Assembly (NCBI GenBank): GCA_039589315.1
Contig: JBDHHQ010000058.1
Location: 1-28,748, forward strand
Origin: Gemmatimonadota bacterium
GTDB taxonomy: Bacteria > Gemmatimonadota > Gemmatimonadetes > Longimicrobiales > Gaopeijiaceae
Length of the DNA stretch: 28,748 bases
Direction: 5' to 3'
Shown here: piece by piece, positions 1 to 8,089 of the stretch
Numbering within the stretch: position 1 is the stretch's first letter
Layout: each line of letters begins with the position of its first letter
The notes under the pieces: model-generated
Told to the model about the DNA's origin: nothing
Seen by the model: only the letters and a program-made list of their open reading frames with translations
The model's database searches: none
Translations under genes and position numbers: made by a program

Positions 1-507
1 CTCGTCCGTCAGGATCTGTACCGACATTTCGAAGAGGCGCGGCTCACCCTGCCACCGCTACGGGAGCGGGAGGGTGACGTGACGGGCCTGGCGAACCAGT
101 TCCTCAACCAGATCGCGACGCTGGAAGGCCTGCAATGCCGCGAGTTCTCCGACGCCGCCTGTTCCGCCCTCGAAGAGCGCCGATGGCCCGGAAACGTGCG
201 CGAGCTCAGGCGCATGATCCAACAGACGGCCCGAAGCGCGACCGGTCAGGTGGTCGAGGTGTTCGACCTGCCCTTCTATCAATCCCGGAACGGAGTGGGC
301 CCCGCCGACGCCGGCTCCGCGGCGATCTTGATTCCTCCCACGGGGCGCAGCCTCGACGAGATCGAAGCCGAGGCCATTTCACTGACGCTGGACCTGACGG
401 GCCACAACAAGAGCGCTACCGCTCGCATCCTGGGGATCTCCAGACCCACGCTCAGCCGGAAGATCCGTAAGTACGGTCTCGTTCGCGCGGAGGCGCGGTC
501 GAACTGA
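1..507 (+). CDS. Sigma-54-dependent (NtrC/Fis family) transcriptional regulator, 5'-truncated at the window edge
   Basis: Frame is open from base 1: LVRQDLYRHF...LTLPPLRERE..., then sensor-II WPGNVREL and a C-terminal Fis-type HTH (GHNKSATARILGISRPTLSRKIRKY). Confidence 0.88.
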   Translation, partial: LVRQDLYRHFEEARLTLPPLREREGDVTGLANQFLNQIATLEGLQCREFSDAACSALEERRWPGNVRELRRMIQQTARSATGQVVEVFDLPFYQSRNGVGPADAGSAAILIPPTGRSLDEIEAEAISLTLDLTGHNKSATARILGISRPTLSRKIRKYGLVRAEARSN

Positions 508-619
508 CATGAGGCTTCGGCGGCAAAGACGGAAGACTCCGCTGGCGCGCATGCTCACGTCGCTTCTGCCGAACGGATCGACGTAGTGAGGGGGCCTTCG
601 AGGGCAGGGGCGCCAGAGA

Positions 620-1432
620 TCAGTCCATATGCGTGAGCAGGAGCCGCTGTAGCTCCTCCGGATTGTCGGCGTTGAGCCAGTGGCCGCCCTCCACCCGGTG
701 AAGGTGTACCCGACCGGTCGCGTTTCCCGCCGCTTCGATCCGCAGGCACGCCTCCTCCGTGAGGATGCTGGAGGCCTCCGCCCGCATGACGTGTACGTGG
801 GTGCCGTCGGCCGGGTGCTCCACCGCGTCCCAGGCGTCCACGGAGAAGAAGCTCCTGAGCAGAGCCTCCATGTCATCGGCGTCGAGACGCCAGCGGAGTC
901 CGTCCGGCCCGTTTGCCAGATTCGTGGACATCCACTGTGCCACGGAGTTCGGGAACCCCTCCAGCTCGACCGCCGCCATGGCCGCGGCCCGGTCCGGGAA
1001 CGGACCGGTGTGGAGACGGAGCACCCGCAGCATCCGCCAGGCACTGCCGTCGGGCGACCGTGCGTCCGGCGTGGAGTCCGCCACCCACACGCGTCGGAGC
1101 GGCACCGCGGGCTCACGGGAGTAGACCAGGGCCACCTTGCCACCGAAGGAGTGGCCGAGAATTGCCTGGGCGTCGATCTGCTCGGCCTCCACCAGGCGGC
1201 TGAGATCCGCCGCGCTCGCTTCCAGGTCGTGGGGTGGGGGGAAGCCCTGGGAGCCTCCGTGCTCGCGCAGGTCCACCAGCAGTGCGCCCCAATCCGGGCG
1301 GGCCTCGACGAACCGACGGGCCACGGACGCCCAGTTTCGGCCGGCGCCGTAGATCCCGTGGACGATCATCATCCATCTGCTGGGTGCGCGGCCGCCCGAG
1401 GCCACGACGGGGCGATGGTGGAGGACGGGCAT
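620..1432 (-). CDS. Alpha/beta-fold hydrolase (YbfF/ABHD11-like esterase)
   Basis: HGIYG oxyanion motif, DLREHGGS, nucleophile elbow GHSFGG, C-terminal GHWLNADNP. I chose the ATG at 1432 (MPVLHH) over the longer ORF-track start at 1624. Confidence 0.88.
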   Translation of the reverse strand: MPVLHHRPVVASGGRAPSRWMMIVHGIYGAGRNWASVARRFVEARPDWGALLVDLREHGGSQGFPPPHDLEASAADLSRLVEAEQIDAQAILGHSFGGKVALVYSREPAVPLRRVWVADSTPDARSPDGSAWRMLRVLRLHTGPFPDRAAAMAAVELEGFPNSVAQWMSTNLANGPDGLRWRLDADDMEALLRSFFSVDAWDAVEHPADGTHVHVMRAEASSILTEEACLRIEAAGNATGRVHLHRVEGGHWLNADNPEELQRLLLTHMD

Positions 1433-1613
1433 GAGGGATCGGGGGTGATGGAGGGGGCCGGTGGGTGACGTGATAAAGGTAACCGCGACGTCACCGCCCG
1501 AGGACATCGTGTCCACTCGGTGGGATGCGATGAACGCACCGCTTCGTTCGAGTGATCTGCAGAATCCCGCGCAGAGAAGGCGAAATCCGGCCAGAGGTCC
1601 GCATCGGCGTCGG

Positions 1614-1629
1614 CGGCACGTCAATTGCT
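1614..1629 (+). promoter_or_regulatory. Sigma-54 (-24/-12) promoter
   Basis: cGGCACG-tcaa-TTGCT matches TGGCACG-N4-TTGCW with exact spacing; intergenic, about 95 bp upstream of the beta-barrel gene start. Confidence 0.75.
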
Positions 1630-1723
1630 ACCGGTGTTCGTGCGCAGTGGCATCGCAGCCCGACCTCCGCGTCACTCCGTTCGGTCGGGCACGCGCCCTC
1701 GACCCTCGTTCCGGGAGCTTACC

Positions 1724-2479
1724 GTGGTTCGGCTCTCACGGATCACGCGCCCAACGGCGATCATCGCACTCTGCTGCCTGGCGTTGCCGCCGGGGGCCCT
1801 GGCGCAGAGCGGAGGTGACGGCTTCCTGTTCAAGCCGCCGTCGGTCACGTTGGGGCTCAAGCTGGGCTATTCGATGCCCCGCGCCGGCAGCGACCTCTTC
1901 GACTTCACCACCGAGCAGATGACGCTCGAACGAGCGGACTTCAACACTCCGGTGATCGCCGGCGAGTTGGGCGTCCGGATCACGGACCGCGTCGACGGCA
2001 CGGCGTACTTCGGATACGCCGGCGGCACGACCCGGTCCGAGCTCAGGGACTGGGTGGACACCGACAATCGGCCCATCGAGCAGGTCACCGAGTTCGCGCG
2101 CACGTCGCTCACGGGCGGCGCGAAGGTCTACCTGACCGACCGGGGACGGAGCATCGGCCGCTTCGCCTGGGTGCCGTCCCGGTGGATGCCCTACGTGGGG
2201 GCGAGCGCCGGCTTCGTGTGGTATCGCTTCGAACAGCACGGTGACTTCGTCGACTTCGAGACCCTGGACATCTTCACGGAGCGGTTCCGTAGCTCCGGAT
2301 CGGCGTTCACGGCACACGCCGCTGCGGGCGTGGACCTTTCCCTGAACCCGCATCTCCTGATCTCGTCAGAGCTCCGGTACGCATGGGGGAAGGGGAGCCT
2401 GGACGTCGATTTCGTGGGTTTCGACCAGCTGGATCTCTCGGGGTTCCAGCTGACGTTCGGGGTGGGCGTCCGCCTGTGA
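1724..2479 (+). CDS. Outer-membrane beta-barrel protein (small, OmpW/OmpA-barrel-like)
   Basis: GGGAG RBS before GTG 1724; signal peptide ending ALA/QSGG; alternating hydrophobic strands with aromatic residues; C-terminal strand FQLTFGVGVRL. Confidence 0.8.
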   Translation: MVRLSRITRPTAIIALCCLALPPGALAQSGGDGFLFKPPSVTLGLKLGYSMPRAGSDLFDFTTEQMTLERADFNTPVIAGELGVRITDRVDGTAYFGYAGGTTRSELRDWVDTDNRPIEQVTEFARTSLTGGAKVYLTDRGRSIGRFAWVPSRWMPYVGASAGFVWYRFEQHGDFVDFETLDIFTERFRSSGSAFTAHAAAGVDLSLNPHLLISSELRYAWGKGSLDVDFVGFDQLDLSGFQLTFGVGVRL

Positions 2480-2496
2480 CGGACGGGAGGCTGACC

Positions 2497-3693
2497 ATGA
2501 GCGGTAGGCTCGCTCTCAGCGGCGAGGGAAGAGCGAAGTGGCGCGGCCTGGTTACGGCGCTGGCGATCGCCATGCTATCCGTCGTCCTCCCTGGCGGAGC
2601 TCAGGACAGAGAGCCGCAACTCCAGGCCTGGCTCGGCTGCTGGGTGCCCATCGGTCCACTCGGCGACGGCGCGGCGCTGTGCTTCCAGCCCGCCGCTGCC
2701 GGCGAAGGGGTAGAGATGCTCGTGGTGGCGGACGGGGGCGTGACGGCGCGGGAGATCATCAGGGGTGTGGGTGAGAGGCGGGCGACCGGACGGGAGGGGT
2801 GCGAGGGCTGGGAGGAAGCCCGGCTCTCCCCTGACGGAAAGAGGATGTACACCCGGTCGACCTTGACGTGCGCCGACGGCCACAGCCGGAGCGCGACCGG
2901 GATCATGTCGTTCGTCACGCCCACGCAGTGGATGGATGTGCGCTCCACGTACGTAGGGGCAGAGCGGGTCGCCTCGGCTCAGTATTTCCAGCGGGCGTCG
3001 ACCCAGGTGTTCGCCGAGGCGGGCGTGACCCCGCTTCCGGACGACGTCGCCGCCTCGGCCGCTGCGGCACGCCTGGCCGCGTCCGTTCCGCCCTCGCTCG
3101 ACCACGTGATGGAGGCCAGCCGGCAGGTGCACGGGAAAGCCGTCGAGGCGTGGATCGTGGAGACGGGCCAACCGTTCCGGCTGAACGGGCAGGCCCTCGT
3201 GGGCCTGGCCGACGCCGGCGTCCCCGAGTCCGTCATCGACGCGGTCGTCGCGGTTTCCTTTCCGCGGAAGTTCGCCATCGACCGGGGCGTTGCCCAAGAG
3301 GTGGCCCAGCCACCACCGGCGCCGAGCGCTGCGGTCGCCGCGGGCGTGCCGCTGCCCTTCTCTCCCCTCTATTTCGGATTCGGGTACAGCTACCTGTACC
3401 GCTACGGCTATCCGGGATACGGGTATGGATACAACCCCAACTTCTGGTACCCTGGCTATCGACCCATCTACGTGACCGTGACGCCCCGTCCTCCCCGCAC
3501 CGCCCGGGTGGTGAACGGCAGGGGATACACGAAAGGAAGCTCGCGGCTGCCCACCGGCACAACGTCGGGGCTGGGCCGGGGGAGTGTCCAGCGATCCGGC
3601 GGCTCGTACCAGCCCGCCGGCGGCTCTGGCTCGGGCTCGGGGTCAACCGGCCGGAAGGCCAAGCGTCGCCGGCCGGGCGGCGACGAGCCCTGA
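2497..3693 (+). CDS. Secreted hypothetical protein with 4 Cys and a Tyr/Gly-rich then Arg/Gly/Ser-rich C-terminal tail
   Basis: GGGAGG RBS at 2485-2490 and ATG 2497; hydrophobic signal segment; begins 17 bp after the barrel gene stop. Confidence 0.75.
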   Translation: MSGRLALSGEGRAKWRGLVTALAIAMLSVVLPGGAQDREPQLQAWLGCWVPIGPLGDGAALCFQPAAAGEGVEMLVVADGGVTAREIIRGVGERRATGREGCEGWEEARLSPDGKRMYTRSTLTCADGHSRSATGIMSFVTPTQWMDVRSTYVGAERVASAQYFQRASTQVFAEAGVTPLPDDVAASAAAARLAASVPPSLDHVMEASRQVHGKAVEAWIVETGQPFRLNGQALVGLADAGVPESVIDAVVAVSFPRKFAIDRGVAQEVAQPPPAPSAAVAAGVPLPFSPLYFGFGYSYLYRYGYPGYGYGYNPNFWYPGYRPIYVTVTPRPPRTARVVNGRGYTKGSSRLPTGTTSGLGRGSVQRSGGSYQPAGGSGSGSGSTGRKAKRRRPGGDEP

Positions 3694-4004
3694 CGTGATC
3701 GGCGGCAGGCTGCCACATCCGTGAGGGCTCGCGCGGGACCGACGGGTACACCCGCTGTGGCTCGCCCGACGCTGACCTCGACCTCACCGGCGCTCCGCCA
3801 ACGGCCGGCCTCGACATCATTCCACGCCCGCCAGCGGTCGGCCTCGTGCACGGGTCCCCACTGCCGAATCCTCCTTTTCCCGACAGACGCGACGGACCTT
3901 CCTCGCTAGGCTCAACATGGGAAGGTGTGTGGGATGGCTACCCTCGAGGCGGCTTGGTCGTCGCTGTCGTTCGGCTGGGCCTGCCGGTACCGGGAGGCGG
4001 GGGG

Positions 4005-4802
4005 ATGCAGCTGCAGGGAAAGGTGGCAGCGATCACGGGCGCGTCCAGGGGGATAGGCAAGGCCCTGGCGTTCGCCCTCGGGAAGCGGGGATGCCACCTC
4101 CTCCTCACCGGTTTGGAGAGGCGGGAGCTCGAGGACGTGGCCCGGACCCTGGAGACCGCGCATGGCCGGGCGGTGCCTTGGTTGGCCTTGGACCTGGTCG
4201 AGGCGGACGGGGCACCCGCCTTCATCGAGTGGGTCCGCAGCCGAGACCCGCCGCTGGACATCCTGGTCAACAACGCCGGCGCCGGCCAGTTCGCCTCGTT
4301 TGCCGGGTCGGCGTGGAGTGACGCCGAGCGTACGCTCCTGCTCGACGCTCTCGTGCCCACCCGCCTGATCCACGGACTGCTTCCCATCCTCCGACGTCGT
4401 CCGGAAGCCGCCATCGTCAACGTCAGCTCGGCCAGCGCCCGGGTCCCCTACTGCGGACTCGCCGTGTACGGCGCGAGCAAATCCTACCTCTCGAGTCTCA
4501 GTGACACATTGGCCGCCGAGCTCTCCGGAACCGGTGTCAGAGTGCTGTGCATCCACCCGGGGTTCACAAGGACCCAGTTCCTCACCTCCGCGGCCATGGA
4601 CATGAGCCGGATTCCGGACTGGTTCATGCACGAGCCGGAGGACGTGGCGGACCGCATCGTCGGCATGCTGGAGGGGGACAAGGCCTGGGCATATGGGGAT
4701 CTGGCGACCCAGGCTGGGCTGGCGGTGGCGGCCGCGCTTCCCCACAAGGCCAGGGCCCGGGTCTTCAAGAACCTGTTCTGGAGGCTCCCCGATGAGGCCT
4801 AA
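4005..4802 (+). CDS. Short-chain dehydrogenase/reductase (classical SDR)
   Basis: TGASRGIG, NNAG, NVSS, catalytic YGASK, HPGFTRT; GGGAGG upstream of ATG 4005. Confidence 0.92.
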   Translation: MQLQGKVAAITGASRGIGKALAFALGKRGCHLLLTGLERRELEDVARTLETAHGRAVPWLALDLVEADGAPAFIEWVRSRDPPLDILVNNAGAGQFASFAGSAWSDAERTLLLDALVPTRLIHGLLPILRRRPEAAIVNVSSASARVPYCGLAVYGASKSYLSSLSDTLAAELSGTGVRVLCIHPGFTRTQFLTSAAMDMSRIPDWFMHEPEDVADRIVGMLEGDKAWAYGDLATQAGLAVAAALPHKARARVFKNLFWRLPDEA

Positions 4803-5802
4803 GGGCGCGGTGTTGGCGGGTCTGGCCCTCGTCGCAGTCACCCTGGGGCTTGTCCATTGGTACATGCTCGAGTGCGAGGGGCAGTGGGACGGCCCGGTAC
4901 TGGAGGACTCGATGGGGGACCGTCTGACGGTCCTGGAAGAGCTGCTCCGTGCAGACGTGTCGTACCTGGCCGACACCCTCGGTCCAAGGAACCCTCCGCA
5001 TCACGAGGAGCTCGAGCAGGCCTCCCGATGGATACAGGAACGGTGGCGGAGCCACGGCTACCAGGTGGGGGAGCAGGGGTTCCTGGTCGATGGGGCGCCC
5101 TGCAGCAACCTGGAGATCGAGATTCCCGGCCGGGTTCGTCCGGACGAGATCGTCATCGTCACGGCCCAGTACGACACCTGGCTCGACTCGCCGGGCGCCA
5201 ACAACAACGGGAGCGGCATGGCTGTGCTCCTGCAATTGAGCGACCTGCTGAAGGACCAGGAGCTGGACCGGACACTGAGGTTGGTGGCGTTCACGACGCA
5301 GGAGCCGCCGTACAGCGGCACCGAGGCCCAGGGGAGTCGCGTGTACGCTCAGCGCTCGTTCGACCGGGGCGAAGACATCCGCGTGATGCTGTCCATGGAC
5401 GCCATCGGCATCTATAAGCACGGGCCGGGAAGCCAGCAGCTGCCCTTCCCGTTCTCGCTGTTCTATCCGGATCGGGGCGACTTCCTGGGCTTCATCGCCA
5501 ATCTGTCGTCCCGCCAGTACGTGGTGGATGCGACCCGCGGGTTCAAGAAGGGCACCTCATTCCCGATTCAAGCGGGCAGCGTCCCCTGGTGGGTGAAGGG
5601 CGCATCGTGGTCTGACCATGCGTCGTTCTGGCGCCTGGGCTATCCGGGGATCCAGGTCACGGATACGGGTGCATTTCGGTCCCCGGCCACCCACACGACC
5701 GACCTGGACACGATCGAGAACCTCGACTTCGAGGCCCTGGCCCGCATCACCATCGGGATGTACGCGTCGATCCTCGAGCTGACCACGGTCGCGGAGGGGT
5801 AG
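4792..5802 (+). CDS. M28 family peptidase homologue with N-terminal signal/anchor and altered active site
   Basis: M28 motif order is kept (TAQYDT, PGANNNGSG, FTTQEPP, LSMDAIG, WSDHASF, THT..D) but with H>Q, D>N and E>Q; start overlaps the end of the SDR gene. Confidence 0.85.
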   Translation: MRPKGAVLAGLALVAVTLGLVHWYMLECEGQWDGPVLEDSMGDRLTVLEELLRADVSYLADTLGPRNPPHHEELEQASRWIQERWRSHGYQVGEQGFLVDGAPCSNLEIEIPGRVRPDEIVIVTAQYDTWLDSPGANNNGSGMAVLLQLSDLLKDQELDRTLRLVAFTTQEPPYSGTEAQGSRVYAQRSFDRGEDIRVMLSMDAIGIYKHGPGSQQLPFPFSLFYPDRGDFLGFIANLSSRQYVVDATRGFKKGTSFPIQAGSVPWWVKGASWSDHASFWRLGYPGIQVTDTGAFRSPATHTTDLDTIENLDFEALARITIGMYASILELTTVAEG

Positions 5803-5804
5803 CC

Positions 5805-6221
5805 ATGCCCGCCGAGGTCGCGCGATTCCTGATGCTCCAGGGCGCGATCGTCGTGTTCCTCGGCGTCCTGGCCGGCTTCCCGTTCTGGCTGGCCATCATC
5901 CGGGACCGGGGACCCGATGCCATCCGGGCCTGGCGGGTGGCCCACACCACGCTGATCGCCGACGGTCTCCTGCTGCTGATCGTGTCCCTGATGCGTCCGC
6001 ACCTCGCCCTGAGTGGGAGCGTCGCCTGGCTGCTCGGCTGGGCGCTGGTGGCGTCGGCTTACGGGTTCGTGTTCGCCCTGGCGGTGGGGGCGTGGGTCGG
6101 GGAGCGGGGCCTCGCCCCGGTGCCTCTGGGACGCAACAGCCTGTTCTTCGCGGGACATGCGATCGGCGCCGGCGGCGCCGTGGTCGGGGCGGGTCTGGTT
6201 CTCGTCGGGCTCCTCGCGTGA
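5805..6221 (+). CDS. Four-helix membrane protein, StyC/styrene-oxide-isomerase-like (putative heme b)
   Basis: Four hydrophobic segments; AWRVAHTTLIADG and ERGL resemble StyC GWARAHSGPALNG and NRGL with the same spacing (StyC sequence recalled from memory); GGAGG RBS. Confidence 0.6.
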   Translation: MPAEVARFLMLQGAIVVFLGVLAGFPFWLAIIRDRGPDAIRAWRVAHTTLIADGLLLLIVSLMRPHLALSGSVAWLLGWALVASAYGFVFALAVGAWVGERGLAPVPLGRNSLFFAGHAIGAGGAVVGAGLVLVGLLA

Positions 6222-6245
6222 GAAGCCCGGGAAGGAGGCAGTGTC

Positions 6246-7643
6246 ATGCGTAAGCCCAAGCTGCAGATCATCGTCCTCTTTCAGAATCTGGGAGAACGAC
6301 AGGCCTACTACGCGCGCTCACCTGCTCCACCCCTGGCGGGAATCCTGCTCGCCGCAGAGACGCCGCCCATCGTCGAGGTCGAGGTCCTGCACGAGATGGT
6401 CCGGCCCATCGACTACGGCACTGACGCGGATTACATCGCGATCAGCTTCATGGACTTCTGCGCGCCGCATGCGTACGAGGTGGCCCGGCGCTTCCGAGAG
6501 TTGGGGAAACCGGTGATCGCAGGCGGCAAGTACCCGACCACGTTTCCGGACGAGGTCATCCCCCATTTCGACGCGACCGTGGTGGGCGAGGCCGAGGGCG
6601 TTTGGCCTCAGGTGGTGGAGGACCTGGTCGCCGGCAGGCTGCAGAAGGTCTACGAGGCGCCGCTGTCCATGAAGCTGGAGGGCATCCCGCCTCCGCGCTT
6701 CGACCTGGTCGAGCCGGAGTTCGCCGTGCCGATGGTCACGGAGGCGACCCGGGGGTGCATCTTTCGCTGCGACTTCTGCCAGCTGACCGTGAAGCCGACG
6801 CCGTTCCGCTGCCGTCCCGTGGAGGACGTCATCGCCGACCTGACAGCGACCGAGCGCTTGCCATTCCGGAAGCGGAAGATGGCAATGCTGATGGACAACA
6901 ACCTGGGTGGGAACCTGGACTACGCGAAGGAGCTCATGCGGGAGATCGCCAAGCTGGAACTCTGGGCCCTGGGCGTTCAGTTCAGCTTCAACTACCTCCA
7001 TGACGACGAGTTCATCGATCTGCTGGCAGAGGCCCGTACGGGCATGGTATTCGTCGGCCTGGAGTCGCTGAATGAGCCCAGCCTCCGGTCCGTGCACAAG
7101 CTGCACAACCGGGTGCAGGAATACGAGGAGTTGTTCCTGAAGCTCAAGCGCAAGGGTATCCTGACGTTCACGGGGATGATTCTGGCCCTGGACGAGGACA
7201 CGCCCGAGTACTACCGGAATCTCCCGAAGAACCTGGAGCGGGTGGATCCCAGCGCCATCCTCCTCTCCATCGCGATTCCGATTCCCGGCACGCCGCTTCA
7301 CGCCAGGGTCGAGGAGGAGGGGCGGATCTTCGATCACGATCTGGCACACTACGAGGGGGACCACCTGGTCTATCATCCGCGCGGCGTGACCTCGGAGCAG
7401 GTCTTCCAGACGTTCAATCTGCTGAACCGTAAGTTCTACTCCTGGCCGGCGGTGGCGAAGCGGTGGGGACGATTCATGCGGGCCTACCTGCCGAACCGGT
7501 CGGCCAAGCACCGAGCGTTCCACTCGCTGCTGATGACTTACGTGCTCTACAAGCTCTCTGCCTTCCAGCGGTACCACGCACGACAGCGGGTCTTTCCGAT
7601 GGCCGAGGAGTTCGCCCGGCTCGTGCCACCGGTGCAGGCTTGA
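6246..7643 (+). CDS. B12-binding-domain radical SAM protein
   Basis: N-terminal cobalamin-binding Rossmann-like motifs (PVIAGGKYPT, VVGEAE), CxxxCxxC in TRGCIFRCDFC, FVGLES, PIPGTPL; GGAGG RBS. Confidence 0.92.
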   Translation: MRKPKLQIIVLFQNLGERQAYYARSPAPPLAGILLAAETPPIVEVEVLHEMVRPIDYGTDADYIAISFMDFCAPHAYEVARRFRELGKPVIAGGKYPTTFPDEVIPHFDATVVGEAEGVWPQVVEDLVAGRLQKVYEAPLSMKLEGIPPPRFDLVEPEFAVPMVTEATRGCIFRCDFCQLTVKPTPFRCRPVEDVIADLTATERLPFRKRKMAMLMDNNLGGNLDYAKELMREIAKLELWALGVQFSFNYLHDDEFIDLLAEARTGMVFVGLESLNEPSLRSVHKLHNRVQEYEELFLKLKRKGILTFTGMILALDEDTPEYYRNLPKNLERVDPSAILLSIAIPIPGTPLHARVEEEGRIFDHDLAHYEGDHLVYHPRGVTSEQVFQTFNLLNRKFYSWPAVAKRWGRFMRAYLPNRSAKHRAFHSLLMTYVLYKLSAFQRYHARQRVFPMAEEFARLVPPVQA

Positions 7644-7699
7644 TCGTTCGCGCCGTCGTCGACACGTCATCCAAACCACGCCTCGAGAAGCTCTGACCC

Positions 7700-7728
7700 T
7701 TGCGATAGTAAACCAAATGGTTTAGCAT
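7700..7728 (+). promoter_or_regulatory. Sigma-70-type promoter overlapped by a palindromic ArsR-type operator
   Basis: TTGCGA (7700-7705), 17 bp spacer, TAGCAT (7723-7728); inverted repeat TAAACCA-aa-TGGTTTA at 7709-7724. Confidence 0.75.
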
Positions 7729-7735
7729 TGCGGCC

Positions 7736-8089
7736 ATGGTGACATTCGCTTCGGACGCAGCACTCGACCGGACCTTCGCCGCACTGGCGCATCCCACCCG
7801 GAGGGCCATCCTCACGCGCTTGGCCCGGGAGGGCCCAGGATCCGTGTCCGAGCTGGCCGAGCCGTTCGACGTGTCCCTCATGGCCGTGTCGAAGCACCTC
7901 AAGGTGATGGAGGAGGCGGGTCTGGTGGTGAGGAGGAAGGACGGGCGAGTGCACCGCATGCGCTTCGATCCCGCACCGATGGAGAAAGCGTCGGACTGGA
8001 TCGAGCAACACAGGGAGTTCTGGGAGGGGCAGCTCGATCGGCTGACTCGCTACCTGGAGGACACCAACAAGGGGGAGGAGAGGAAATGA
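7736..8089 (+). CDS. ArsR/SmtB family transcriptional repressor
   Basis: FAALAHPTRRAIL, SVSELA, AVSKHLKVMEEAGLV..RKDGR, W...LDRL..YL tail typical of SRPBCC-linked ArsR proteins. Confidence 0.93.
   Translation: MVTFASDAALDRTFAALAHPTRRAILTRLAREGPGSVSELAEPFDVSLMAVSKHLKVMEEAGLVVRRKDGRVHRMRFDPAPMEKASDWIEQHREFWEGQLDRLTRYLEDTNKGEERK

Noticed and set aside
3694..4004. Small RiPP precursor peptide for the radical SAM enzyme (e.g. ORF 3721-3909)
   Set aside because: No RBS or leader/core pattern, and the radical SAM shows no SPASM Cys cluster or obvious RRE; not supportable from the sequence.
4005..7643. Cassette as a recently inserted mobile island
   Set aside because: I found no flanking direct repeats or mobility genes, and I could not compute a GC or codon-usage shift.
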